A stretch of DNA of 64,000 nucleotides from an uncultured Christensenella sp. (GCA_964573405.1 CAZNJK010000001.1:29054-93053); one strand, 5' to 3'; numbered from the stretch's first letter, positions 1 to 9,985 are shown. The notes: generated by a model from the sequence alone, not told the origin. Translations and numbers: made by a program.

Positions 1-9
1 GTGTTCCAT
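1..9 (-). CDS. 5' end of a gene running off the left edge (ATG GAA CAC)
   Basis: Minus-strand ATG at 9-7 with AGAGGGA RBS-like motif 7 nt upstream; only 3 codons visible. Confidence 0.35.
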
Positions 10-124
10 AATATTATCCCTCTTTATAAATTCTTCGACTATATAATATCATCGAAATTGTGGATTGTCAATAGCGAATTTTTAAAAAACATTGGATGTT
101 GGTGAGTTTTTCCCCATAAAACTT

Positions 125-165
125 AAAAAATAGGGGGGATTGTAGATTATTCTCCCTATTTTTTT
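125..165 (-). terminator. Rho-independent terminator
   Basis: AAAAAATAGGGGGGA...TCTCCCTATTTTTTT hairpin just past the stop of 169..1425. Confidence 0.7.
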
Positions 166-168
166 ACA

Positions 169-1425
169 CTATTTATTCTTAATCACTTCGTTAAGACCTA
201 TCAAAATTCCTAATTTGCCGTATTCATATGTAAGTCCGCCTTGCATATATCCAGAGAATGGCTCAACCATCGGCCCGTCACAACTTAGTTCGATTGTGCT
301 TCCCGATATGAAACTTCCGCCAGCCATAACTTCATCGTGGGGGTAGCCGTCCATTGGCGCTGGAATAGGGGTGACATAACTATCAACTGGGCTTCCCATC
401 TGAATGCCTTTGCAGAAATTAACCAAATTTTCGCCCGAATTAAGTGTAATGGTCTGAATTATGTCGGTGCGTTTTTCTTTGTATTTTGGGTCCACATCAA
501 ATCCCAATTCTTCCAGCATTGCACTTGCAAAAACCATTGTTTTTAGGCTATTTGCTACAATGTTTGGCGATAAATATAATCCTTTATAGAAGTTAAGATT
601 TTGATTTAAATTTGCCCCAATATTTTTGCCTAGGCAAGGTGCGGAAAATCTCTCGGCAACATCTTCAATCAAGTCTTTTCTGCCCACGATGTATCCGCCA
701 GTTTTAGCAAGCCCACCGCCAAGATTTTTCATTAACGACCCTACAAGAATGTCACAACCCACTTCAGTAGGCTCTCTATCTTCCACAAAGTCGCCGTAGC
801 AGTTGTCTATCATTATTATTACATCAGAATCAACTTCTCTTATGGCTTTGCACACTCTTTCAATCTTGTCCATTGTAAGACTTTTTCGTTGCGAGTATCC
901 ACGACTGCGTTGGATTTCAACGAGTTTTACATTGTGTTTTTTTAGTCGCTCCTGTATTGCTGGAATGTCAAAATCGTTGTCAATTAATTCAATTTGCTCG
1001 TATTTTACGCCATTTTTCATAAGCGAATTTCGGCTATCTCCCGTAAGTCCAATTATACTAAGTAGGCTGTCGTATGGTGCACCCGAAATGGAGATGAATG
1101 TGTCGCCATATTTTAGTAGTCCGCTAAATGTAAGGGCTAGGGCGTGGGTGCCAGACATTATTTGGGGTCTTACAAGTGCGTCGTCGCATTTGAAAATCCT
1201 AGAGTATATCCTTTCCAATTTATCTCTGCCGTCATCAGCAAATCCGTATCCTGTGATTTCGGCAAAATCGTTGGTCCCAACTCTCTCGTCTTGGAAAGCC
1301 TTAAGGACTTTTGAACTGTTTATCATTGCAACGCGTTCAATCTCTTCGAATTGTGGTTTGATTTTCTCTTCCACATTTTTAGATAATTCAACTAATTTTT
1401 CATCAATATTAAAATCATAAAACAT
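169..1425 (-). CDS. Methionine gamma-lyase family / YnbB-like PLP-dependent protein (aluminium resistance family)
   Basis: GYGFADDGRDKLE, MSGTHA, IQRSRGY, DNCYG, GSLMKNLGGG motifs. Confidence 0.9.
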   Translation of the reverse strand: MFYDFNIDEKLVELSKNVEEKIKPQFEEIERVAMINSSKVLKAFQDERVGTNDFAEITGYGFADDGRDKLERIYSRIFKCDDALVRPQIMSGTHALALTFSGLLKYGDTFISISGAPYDSLLSIIGLTGDSRNSLMKNGVKYEQIELIDNDFDIPAIQERLKKHNVKLVEIQRSRGYSQRKSLTMDKIERVCKAIREVDSDVIIMIDNCYGDFVEDREPTEVGCDILVGSLMKNLGGGLAKTGGYIVGRKDLIEDVAERFSAPCLGKNIGANLNQNLNFYKGLYLSPNIVANSLKTMVFASAMLEELGFDVDPKYKEKRTDIIQTITLNSGENLVNFCKGIQMGSPVDSYVTPIPAPMDGYPHDEVMAGGSFISGSTIELSCDGPMVEPFSGYMQGGLTYEYGKLGILIGLNEVIKNK

Positions 1426-1634
1426 AATATTTACTCCACTATCAAGTATTTTACTAAAAATATATAAAAAAGTAAATAGATTTGAGTATTTTTAACGGTT
1501 TATAATATATTGAGAGCAAAAGTTATAAGAAAGTGATTGACAAATGGGCTTAAAATGGTTATTATATTAAAGTTAAAAAATTTGTTTGTGATTGGCTTTA
1601 AATCAATGATTGGGTCAAAATAAAAGGAGAAATT

Positions 1635-2192
1635 ATGATAGATGTAAATGATATTAGAAATGGAATGACTCTTCAATATGAAGGAAATATTTATCAAGTT
1701 GTTGAGTTCTTACACGTTAAGCCGGGTAAGGGCAGTGCTTATATGAAAACAAAACTTTCTAATTTGCGTACAGGTGCGACAATTGAAAGAACATTCAACA
1801 CCAATGTGAAATTTGAAGACGCACACATCAGCCGTGTAAGAGTTCAATACTTGTATGAAGACGGCGGAAGTTATAACTTTATGGACAACAACACCTACGA
1901 CCAATTCGAATTGTCAGCAGAGCAAATCGGCGACAAGAAAAACTATTTGCTTGAGAATATGGAACTAGATATTACAAAATTCGGCAACGAAATCCTAGGT
2001 ATCGCTCTTCCAGAAAAAATCGAATTTACAGTTGTTAAGACCGAGCCAGCAGTTAAGGGTGGCACAACTACCAACGCATCAAAGGACGCTGTTGTTGAAA
2101 CTGGTCTTGTTGTAAAAGTTCCACTATTTATTAACGAAGGCGAGAAGATTATTGTTACTTCAAGCGACGGAAAATACTATTCTAGAGCATAA
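1635..2192 (+). CDS. efp: Elongation factor P
   Basis: HVKPGKGSA, ETGLVVKVPLFINEGE, YYSRA; AGGAG RBS. Confidence 0.98.
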   Translation: MIDVNDIRNGMTLQYEGNIYQVVEFLHVKPGKGSAYMKTKLSNLRTGATIERTFNTNVKFEDAHISRVRVQYLYEDGGSYNFMDNNTYDQFELSAEQIGDKKNYLLENMELDITKFGNEILGIALPEKIEFTVVKTEPAVKGGTTTNASKDAVVETGLVVKVPLFINEGEKIIVTSSDGKYYSRA

Positions 2193-2199
2193 TTACATT

Positions 2200-2227
2200 A
2201 AAAATGGTGTTGAAAAGCACCATTTTT
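2200..2227 (+). terminator. Rho-independent terminator after efp
   Basis: AAAAATGGTG...CACCATTTTT. Confidence 0.75.
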
Positions 2228-2290
2228 GTTTTATTTAATGAATTTATTTTTTGTTATATTATAAAAACATCATTTTAATGACGATTTTAA

Positions 2291-2356
2291 TAATTAATAA
2301 TGTTACAACATTTAATTAATAATGTTACAACATCTAATTAATAATGTTGCAACATC
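2291..2356. repeat. Three tandem 22-bp repeats TAATTAATAATGTT(A/G)CAACAT(T/C)
   Basis: Units at 2291-2312, 2313-2334, 2335-2356, read directly. Confidence 0.95.
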
Positions 2357-2390
2357 TTAGAAGTTGAAAGTAATTTTAAAAGGAGAAGTT

Positions 2391-3134
2391 ATGAGTAAAG
2401 TTTGTTTAATTACTGGCGGAGCAAGAGGAATTGGAAAGAAGATTGCGGAAACAATGTCAAATAATGGCTACACAGTGGTTGTGAATTACAACTCTAGTAC
2501 TGAGAGAGCAATGGCTTTTCAAAAGGAACTTAACGATATGGGGCGAGAGTGTCTTTTTGTGAAAGCCGATGTGTCGGATGAAAGGCAAGTGTCGGATATG
2601 GTGGAATTAATAATGTCAAAATACGGAAAAATTGACGTGCTTGTAAATAACTCCGCAATTACTCACGACTCGCTATTTAATGAAAAAAACGCGAATGACT
2701 TTAGGCGAGTGTTTGATGTAAATGTTGTGGGTGCGTTCAATGTAAGCAAACTTGTGGGCAACATAATGCACAACCAAAAATACGGCAAGATTATAAACAT
2801 TGCGTCGACAAACGGCATAAATACTTATTATCCGATGTGTGTAGAGTACGATGCGTCGAAGTCCGCTCTTATATCGCTCACTCACAATTTGGCAGTGCAA
2901 TTTGCACCATATGTAAATGTTAATGCTGTTGCACCGGGCTTTATAGCGACAGAAAGTGAACTTGACGGAATGGACGAAGAATTTGTGAAAGAGGAAAGCG
3001 AAAAAACACTTGTCAGAAAGGTGGGCACTGAAGAAGATGTTGCAAATCTAGTGAAGTTTTTGGCAAGTGATGAAGCGGGATATATAAACAACGAAGTCAT
3101 CAGAATTGATGGCGGGCTATATGGCAATATGTAA
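2391..3134 (+). CDS. SDR family NAD(P)-dependent oxidoreductase (FabG-like)
   Basis: TGGARGIG, NNSA, YDASK (YxxxK), VNAVAPG, IRIDGG; start moved to ATG 2391 behind AGGAG. Confidence 0.92.
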   Translation: MSKVCLITGGARGIGKKIAETMSNNGYTVVVNYNSSTERAMAFQKELNDMGRECLFVKADVSDERQVSDMVELIMSKYGKIDVLVNNSAITHDSLFNEKNANDFRRVFDVNVVGAFNVSKLVGNIMHNQKYGKIINIASTNGINTYYPMCVEYDASKSALISLTHNLAVQFAPYVNVNAVAPGFIATESELDGMDEEFVKEESEKTLVRKVGTEEDVANLVKFLASDEAGYINNEVIRIDGGLYGNM

Positions 3135-3242
3135 CATATTTTCATATGTACACTTAAACATTTGTGACAATAAATAGGTGGTTTTTGTCAAAATCACAGC
3201 ATTTGACCATTTTAATTTGTTATATTTTAGTAAAATTAGGTC

Positions 3243-3270
3243 TTGACAAATACTAAAAAAGTGATATACT
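3243..3270 (+). promoter_or_regulatory. Sigma-A promoter
   Basis: TTGACA (3243-48), 16 bp, TGaTATACT (extended -10). Confidence 0.7.
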
Positions 3271-3303
3271 CTATATATTAAATGAAAAAAGGGGATATGA
3301 AAA

Positions 3304-3972
3304 ATGAGTGAGAATATTAAGAAGGAACTTATGGATAAGACAGAATGCTTTACAACTTTAAATAACATTATGGACTATTGCCTAACCAATGAATTTGGCA
3401 GTGTTGCGGTATGTGGTACATACATCGCAAAGAATGTAAAGGGTAAACTTACATATGAACTTAACAATAGCGAGGTTGCTGAACTTAAGAAACAACGAGT
3501 AGAACTTGTAAGGGCTCATCTAAAGGACTTTTATGTAATATGTTGTGATATGCTTCGCAACAATAAAGACCTTACTACAGTTGAAAGATTGAAAGTTAAG
3601 GAAATGATGATAAAAGTTAGAGATTACTGCCTAGAATATGGATTTTATGGTAAGGCACTAGATTTTGCAAGAATCTTGTATCAAGAATTTAGAGTTTCAG
3701 GTGACGAAACTATAGAGCAAGCAATGAGAGGATACATTGAAAGACAAATCATCAGTGGTGATGACCAATCTATCAAATTCAAAAGAGCAAGAGCCGATGC
3801 ACTTCTTGGAAAGTTTGGTAGAAGGGCTATGGGTGCAAGTATGCGAGACCATTACAATACACTTCCTAATGAAGTTACAGTTCCTATTAGGGGCGGATTG
3901 AAATCAAAAGAATTCTCAATCGCTGATTCTAAAATAGCACTATCTACAATGGGACAAGACTTTATGTACTAA
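3304..3972 (+). CDS. Hypothetical protein (222 aa, helical)
   Basis: Own promoter, GGGG RBS and terminator (3977-4006); no recognised family. Confidence 0.8.
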   Translation: MSENIKKELMDKTECFTTLNNIMDYCLTNEFGSVAVCGTYIAKNVKGKLTYELNNSEVAELKKQRVELVRAHLKDFYVICCDMLRNNKDLTTVERLKVKEMMIKVRDYCLEYGFYGKALDFARILYQEFRVSGDETIEQAMRGYIERQIISGDDQSIKFKRARADALLGKFGRRAMGASMRDHYNTLPNEVTVPIRGGLKSKEFSIADSKIALSTMGQDFMY

Positions 3973-4081
3973 AACTAAAAAGGCACTTTTTTAAAAGTGT
4001 CTTTTTCTTTTGTGTGCAAGGTATAATTATTTGTTTTTAGGTGAAACTTATGTATATAAAAAAGACACAAGGAGAAACTAT

Positions 4082-5317
4082 ATGAACCCATTTTTAGAAA
4101 ACTCAAAAGCAGTAGAAGATTATTTTATGAACTGGAAACAAATGTATCCAAAACCTTACAACAAAAAGACCGTTTCGCCATATACAAAGGTGCGAATTAT
4201 ACTTATGAACGGCACGGAATTTGAGAGCAATTGGTTTTTGCACTCATTTGCGAGAAATTGTAACGACAACGACCTAAGAAGAGAAATTGCCATTATTCGC
4301 AATCAAGAACAGCAACAGCAGAAACGAATAAGTTGTTTAAAACCGCTTAATGAAAATATGCTTGAAGAAACAATTGCCTACGAACAACTTGCCATAGACC
4401 TTACCGCAATATTGGCACAAAATGAGTCGTGTCCTATATCGAAATCAGCACTTGATTTTGCACTGCTAGAAGATTTTGACCACTTATATAGATTTGCCAA
4501 TTTATTAAAAATGGACTACGACATAGATGCGGACATAATGGTGGGTAAATACACCGAGATAATGCCAGGCAGACCTACCATAAACGAGCACCGACACCCG
4601 ATAGACAATGTAAGGCAGTACGCCGACTGCAAGAAAGCCGACCCCTACACGAAGTTGGTGGGCAACATTATCACAGGTGCCGAACAGCAAACTATGAATT
4701 TCTATATGAATATGGCGCAAATGTACAAAAACCACCTAGGACGGCAGTTGTTTTCTGAGATTGCGATGGTTGAAGAAGAGCACGTCACCCAGTACGAATG
4801 CCTTAACGACCCAACTACCACATGGCTAGAAAAATGGCTTATGCACGAATATACTGAGTGTTATTTGTATTACTCAATGATGAATGACGAGAGCGATGAC
4901 TACATCCGCCAAATATGGAAAGAACACTTTGAAATGGAAGTTTCGCACTTGAAAAAAGTCGCAGAGTTGCTAAAAAAATACGAAAAAAAGAGTTATCTTG
5001 ATGTAATTCCTGTGCCAGAATTCCCACAACTACTAAAGTTTGGGGAGAATAAAAAATATATTAGGGAAGTGCTTGAGTCGGTGGGCATTACATCAGTGAA
5101 AGAAAAGTATGTGAATGTGGAAGATTTGCCCGATGACGCAAGATTTTTTGAGCATCTAAAAACTACAAATCAACAGCCAAATAATGTGGCAAGTCATATG
5201 GTTATAGAAACATATATAGACAAATTCGGCAAGGATTATAGATATGAAGACAAGTCCCACCCAATAAAGGCACTGCAAAATAGGAAGAAAGACAACACCA
5301 CAGCAGGTGCAAGATAG
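4082..5317 (+). CDS. Ferritin-like superfamily protein (tandem four-helix/diiron-type motifs), possibly sporulation related
   Basis: Repeated E..H-type motifs (LLEDFDHLY, EEEHVTQY, EMEVSHL); ATG 4082 after AGGAG. Confidence 0.7.
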   Translation: MNPFLENSKAVEDYFMNWKQMYPKPYNKKTVSPYTKVRIILMNGTEFESNWFLHSFARNCNDNDLRREIAIIRNQEQQQQKRISCLKPLNENMLEETIAYEQLAIDLTAILAQNESCPISKSALDFALLEDFDHLYRFANLLKMDYDIDADIMVGKYTEIMPGRPTINEHRHPIDNVRQYADCKKADPYTKLVGNIITGAEQQTMNFYMNMAQMYKNHLGRQLFSEIAMVEEEHVTQYECLNDPTTTWLEKWLMHEYTECYLYYSMMNDESDDYIRQIWKEHFEMEVSHLKKVAELLKKYEKKSYLDVIPVPEFPQLLKFGENKKYIREVLESVGITSVKEKYVNVEDLPDDARFFEHLKTTNQQPNNVASHMVIETYIDKFGKDYRYEDKSHPIKALQNRKKDNTTAGAR

Positions 5318-5366
5318 ACTAACTCTCATAGAGTTGGTCTTTTTTTTAAAACCTTTACACAAACGA

Positions 5367-5397
5367 TTGACTTTTTTCGTGGGGGGGGGGGTATAAT
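5367..5397 (+). promoter_or_regulatory. Sigma-A promoter with G11 tract in the spacer
   Basis: TTGACT (5367-72), 19 bp including G11 (5381-91), TATAAT (5392-97). Confidence 0.75.
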
Positions 5398-5431
5398 GAT
5401 TAAAAGTATGTAGAAAGGAGAAAAAATAAAA

Positions 5432-6886
5432 ATGAGTAAAACTAAAAAAATCGTTAGTTTTGTACTAGTAGTTATTATGCTATTAGGTGTTGGTTTTGGC
5501 GCATATTTCTTATTTTCAAAGAAGAGTAAACTCACTGAAAAAAGAGCAATAAGTCTAGTAAGTGAAACCAGTAAAGAACTCAACACTGCAATCACTACAA
5601 TATGTAATGGTGTATCTGGCAAGACCAGTACTAGTACATTATCTGCTGCGAGTTCAGATGCAAATACAAGATTAAATGCTACATCTTCTACCGATATGAG
5701 TGATTATGTGAATTTTATTAAAATGGTAACTTTTTCAAATTCTTATCTAGAGATGGTTAATTTTACATTAGGTATGAGTGGTGATGATGCTATTGAATTT
5801 AATAAGACCTATTCTGGATTTACGATAGGTGCTCCAACTTATTTGACGCTATATTGCACTTCGGATTCAGTTGTATTTGAATTTGCTACAAAGGATGATG
5901 AAGGAGATGACCAGTCTTATTTTAATACATATGGCATTATTGATTATGACGAAGAAAATGATCGACCATCCGCTTTTAATTTTATAATAATCGGTAATGA
6001 AAGTTCGGAATATGCTGGAGCAACAACTTATAACTTTTCAATGCGTATGTATTCAATTAATTTTGATTTAAAAACATTTAATTGTTATGAAGCATATATG
6101 TACAATTTTAATGAGTATAGTATTGTGAGAAATCTTAAAAACAAACTTGCAAAAGGCGAACTTAATTATGACGATATAAAAAATTATGTTGATTTCGACA
6201 ATGGTTATGATTTTTCTATTTATTCTGGGAATATTGCAGATCATGTTGATGACATAAAGATGGCTACGCATAAAGATTTGGTTTCTAGAAAAACACTTTT
6301 CAATACTTATAGTAAGACAATAAGCCACTTGGGAATTATCGCTGATAGCAAAATTGATTTTAATAGTATGGAGAACATATCAAATGTCAGTGGTGAGATA
6401 ATGCAATATTTTGCCGCTTCAAAGAATAGATATATGTGTGCAGTAGGTGACGGCAATAGATTGTGTTTTATTGATGCAACATCTTATGAAGGTTGGCAAG
6501 AATGGGATAGAATTCTTATCAACAAATTAAAAACATTGCTTAATGAAATGAGTGTTTCTGATGCCAATGGATCTATATATGACGGCCAAATAAAAATCAC
6601 TATTTCAAGTGGAACACCGGAAACTGAATTTAATTTATTAAAATCAACCGTAGATGCATTAGAAAATTACTACACAAGGCATAAGGATGATCAAAACTAT
6701 GTATCTCTTATGTTTGGAAGATGTGCAAGTAAAATGGATTTCCCTAGTGTGGGTTCTAAGGTTGTTGCTTATACTGATTTCGATAAGAATGAAGATTCGT
6801 TCACATATAGTGTTGGATGTGGCTCTCTAGAAGATTCAGCAACTTATTCAATCCGAGCAACTTTATATCTTGGTGACGGTAATTAA
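5432..6886 (+). CDS. Membrane-anchored/secreted hypothetical protein (484 aa)
   Basis: Basic N-terminus plus hydrophobic helix; AAGGAG RBS; terminator 6908-6935. Confidence 0.8.
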   Translation: MSKTKKIVSFVLVVIMLLGVGFGAYFLFSKKSKLTEKRAISLVSETSKELNTAITTICNGVSGKTSTSTLSAASSDANTRLNATSSTDMSDYVNFIKMVTFSNSYLEMVNFTLGMSGDDAIEFNKTYSGFTIGAPTYLTLYCTSDSVVFEFATKDDEGDDQSYFNTYGIIDYDEENDRPSAFNFIIIGNESSEYAGATTYNFSMRMYSINFDLKTFNCYEAYMYNFNEYSIVRNLKNKLAKGELNYDDIKNYVDFDNGYDFSIYSGNIADHVDDIKMATHKDLVSRKTLFNTYSKTISHLGIIADSKIDFNSMENISNVSGEIMQYFAASKNRYMCAVGDGNRLCFIDATSYEGWQEWDRILINKLKTLLNEMSVSDANGSIYDGQIKITISSGTPETEFNLLKSTVDALENYYTRHKDDQNYVSLMFGRCASKMDFPSVGSKVVAYTDFDKNEDSFTYSVGCGSLEDSATYSIRATLYLGDGN

Positions 6887-7184
6887 TTAAATATCTAATG
6901 ATTAAATAAAAAAAGCACGATTATTCGTGCTTTTTGTGTGTAAACTGATTTGTGTGTTGCGATTTGTATATGTTATAATTTATATATAAATTAATCATTC
7001 CGATTACACAAATTGAGAGTTAATTATGTTTTTGGGGAAATGTTGGAAATTTATTAATACAATTAAAATTTGCCATTAAATTGTATTAATAAACAATTAA
7101 ATCATACTAATGAGCCATTAAATTGAATGAATAAAAAAATCTCTTACTTTAAATGATGTAAGAGATTTTTTCTTATTGGGTTTG

Positions 7185-7919
7185 TCAATCGTCCCGCTTG
7201 GCAAATACTAGCACAAATCTTAGGAATGCAAGGATACTATATACTAGGGAAGCGACATAGGTAAGTGCTGCCGCATTTAGGACGCTTTTGGCTTGTTCGG
7301 TTTCTCGTTCGGTAAGAAGCCCACTTTCTTTTAGGATTGTTGTTGCACGATGGCTTGCGTTGTATTCTACGGGAAGCGTGACCAGGTTGACTAGTACTGA
7401 TAGTCCAAAAATTATGATTCCTGCCCACATAAAATAGTAACCGAATGCGGTGTATATAAGGAAGTCAAATATTAAGCCGGTTATTAAAAGTGGCATTAGT
7501 AGTTGGGATGAGATGTTGCTAATAGTGATTGCAAATGTTCTAAGTTTTATAGGGAAGTAGTTGGTTTTGTATTGAAGCACGTGCCCGACTTCGTGGGCTG
7601 CCACGCCAATGGATGCAACGCTTGTGCTATTGTACACTGAGTTGCTAAGCGAAACGGTTTTGGTACGGTGGTTGTAGTTGTCGGTTAAGTGACCGCTAAT
7701 GTTGGTAACTTTTATGTCGTCACAACCGGCACTATTTAGCATTATTTTAGCCACTTCGCCGGCGGTTTTTCCTGATTCACTCATAACATTTGAGAATTTA
7801 CTGAAAGTAGAATTGACCTTTGATTGGGCATATATGCCAAGTATAATCCCTGGTAAAAGAATAAATCCCATTAGATAGTATTGCCAGTAAAGGGGTAGTG
7901 CTAATAAGAAATTTGTCAT
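7185..7919 (-). CDS. Putative neutral zinc metallopeptidase (YugP-like)
   Basis: LTDNYN, AAHEVGH (HExxH), TLPVEYNASHRA, AALTYVA. Confidence 0.92.
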   Translation of the reverse strand: MTNFLLALPLYWQYYLMGFILLPGIILGIYAQSKVNSTFSKFSNVMSESGKTAGEVAKIMLNSAGCDDIKVTNISGHLTDNYNHRTKTVSLSNSVYNSTSVASIGVAAHEVGHVLQYKTNYFPIKLRTFAITISNISSQLLMPLLITGLIFDFLIYTAFGYYFMWAGIIIFGLSVLVNLVTLPVEYNASHRATTILKESGLLTERETEQAKSVLNAAALTYVASLVYSILAFLRFVLVFAKRDD

Positions 7920-7931
7920 AATTTTAATCTC

Positions 7932-8627
7932 CTATTTGAATTTATATAATAATTTTTTGATTGGTCTTGTGAAGTCGTCAAATAATGCAACAATATATGT
8001 TTGTCCAGCGGTATTGAGTAGGCTTTTGCTTTTGCTTAGTTCTCGTTTTGTCAGAAGGTTGTTTTGTTGTATTATTTTGACTGCACGCTTCGAAGCGTCA
8101 AATTCCAATGGAATGACAAGGATTTTTACTAATGCGTGTAGTACAAATAGTACGCCCGATGATATGCACATATATAGCCCCACATTTTCGGCGGGCCAGC
8201 GAAATGCATACATAATTAGCCCCGCCACGAGTAGGGGGAAGATAAGTCTATTTGTAAATCGGGTAATTTTCCCCAAAACTGAGTTGAGTCTATAAAGGAA
8301 TGTGGATTCCTTGTCTTGTGTGGCGTGGCCAAGTTCGTGGCACACGATTGCAACCGAAGCGATGGATGCGTTGTTGCACACTTTACTGCTCATAAGCAAC
8401 ATTTTTTCCTTTGGATAGTAGGCGTCGCACAAGTCTTTTTCGTTTTGGGCTAGCCGTAAGTTTAGGTTTTTTCTATCCATTACGATATTTGCCACTTCTG
8501 CACCAGTAAGCCCGCGAGAATTTGCAATTTTGGTGTATTTATTGTATTTTGCGGTTATTCTTGAGCGAGAAGAAAAAAGCATAACTAGTAATATTAATAA
8601 AATTCCGCCAATATAAAGATATATCAT
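7932..8627 (-). CDS. Putative neutral zinc metallopeptidase, divergent tandem paralog
   Basis: CHELGHA, IPLEFDASKRA, AGQTYIV. Confidence 0.88.
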   Translation of the reverse strand: MIYLYIGGILLILLVMLFSSRSRITAKYNKYTKIANSRGLTGAEVANIVMDRKNLNLRLAQNEKDLCDAYYPKEKMLLMSSKVCNNASIASVAIVCHELGHATQDKESTFLYRLNSVLGKITRFTNRLIFPLLVAGLIMYAFRWPAENVGLYMCISSGVLFVLHALVKILVIPLEFDASKRAVKIIQQNNLLTKRELSKSKSLLNTAGQTYIVALFDDFTRPIKKLLYKFK

Positions 8628-8688
8628 ATTTGCTCCTATTTATTAATTATACTATAACTATGCTTTTTTACAAAATGATTAATTGATG

Positions 8689-9588
8689 TTAAAGTGGAAT
8701 TTCTTCAATTTCTGAGATTTTTCCATCAATAATGGTGAATGTGTAGTTTTTGTATTTACTGTCACTTAAAATGGTGTAATTGGGCTCGTCGGAGTAGCGA
8801 TTAAAATATATTTTATCTATCCGACCGAAGAATTGCTCGAGTTGGGACGCTGTCGCCGAAGTGGAAAGAAAGGTTTTTGCACGACTAAAGTCGTTGTATT
8901 GAATACTCTCCAAAAATAGCATCGGGGTAAGTTCTTCGTCGTATGTTGGCGGGTTGTCGGATAAGTAAATGGTGTATTTGTCGAGTTTTTTGGTGGCAAA
9001 TGTAAAGGTATATACAATGCCATAATTCGACAACGACTCGGTTGGTTTTAGGGCTTTTATTTTGTCCTTTGTAATTTCAATTTGTTGAAATATATTTTCT
9101 AACACAATTTTGCGTGTTTTTGTGTCAAATATGAGTAGGTACTTTTTATCGTCCGCAATGTTTCCTGTTATTATCACGATGCTGTCGCGGGTTTTAAAAT
9201 CGGTCATTGTTATTGGTTTGGTGGCGGAGAAGTGGTGGAAGTTTTGGGCAGATATTGAAATGTATGATTGGTCGGCATTAGATATTGAAAAAATGGCGTT
9301 GTTGTATTGCTTTTGAATCGTGGATGTGGTTGGACAATATTCCAATGACACTTGCGGGTTATATATAATGTCGAAATGATTGTCTTTAAATGGAATTTTT
9401 GTTGTTCCGCTTGGACAAACGCTGGTGCGCGTTGAAATGGTGCAAGGCAAATATTTGGGTTTTTCGGGGAGAAAAGAGATATAAAAGTCGTGGGTTGAGA
9501 TGATGTCGGGATGAAGGGATGTGATTTTCTCGCCATTTATAAGTATTTGCGACGGAACAATGCTTGATATGTGAATATATTTTTTCAT
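8689..9588 (-). CDS. Hypothetical protein (299 aa)
   Basis: Long ORF with GGAG RBS; no recognised motif. Confidence 0.7.
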   Translation of the reverse strand: MKKYIHISSIVPSQILINGEKITSLHPDIISTHDFYISFLPEKPKYLPCTISTRTSVCPSGTTKIPFKDNHFDIIYNPQVSLEYCPTTSTIQKQYNNAIFSISNADQSYISISAQNFHHFSATKPITMTDFKTRDSIVIITGNIADDKKYLLIFDTKTRKIVLENIFQQIEITKDKIKALKPTESLSNYGIVYTFTFATKKLDKYTIYLSDNPPTYDEELTPMLFLESIQYNDFSRAKTFLSTSATASQLEQFFGRIDKIYFNRYSDEPNYTILSDSKYKNYTFTIIDGKISEIEEIPL

Positions 9589-9623
9589 AAATAACTCCTA
9601 TAGAAAATATATGTGCGGGAAGT

Positions 9624-9926
9624 ATGAATTATGAGTTTTGTGGCAATTATTGTGATATGGAAAATAAAGAAACAAAAATTTTAAAATTTGAGCCGAAGCC
9701 TAAAGAATTTCTCACCGACAGCGAGATAATGAAAGTTTTTGGCGGACTTGTAAGGCTTGTTCAAAAATCTGCCGAGTATAATGCGACTAAAAAGGTGGAG
9801 TCACAACTTGATTATTATGTAAGACGCCTAAATGAAGTGACTAATGAACTCAACAAAAGAGTAAGTCAGGTGGACGAGTTGTTGAAGTTGAACGATGAAT
9901 TAATACGACAAAACTTAGGAAAATAA
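9624..9926 (+). CDS. Small hypothetical coiled-coil protein
   Basis: ORF directly upstream of addB with heptad-like C-terminal half. Confidence 0.65.
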   Translation: MNYEFCGNYCDMENKETKILKFEPKPKEFLTDSEIMKVFGGLVRLVQKSAEYNATKKVESQLDYYVRRLNEVTNELNKRVSQVDELLKLNDELIRQNLGK

Positions 9927-9985
9927 ACTTAAATTATTGTAATTTCGGGCTAAATTTGATATTATTACTAAAAGGATATTTTAGT

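Noticed and set aside
2291-2356. CRISPR array
   Set aside because: Repeats are contiguous with no spacers, and there are no cas genes.
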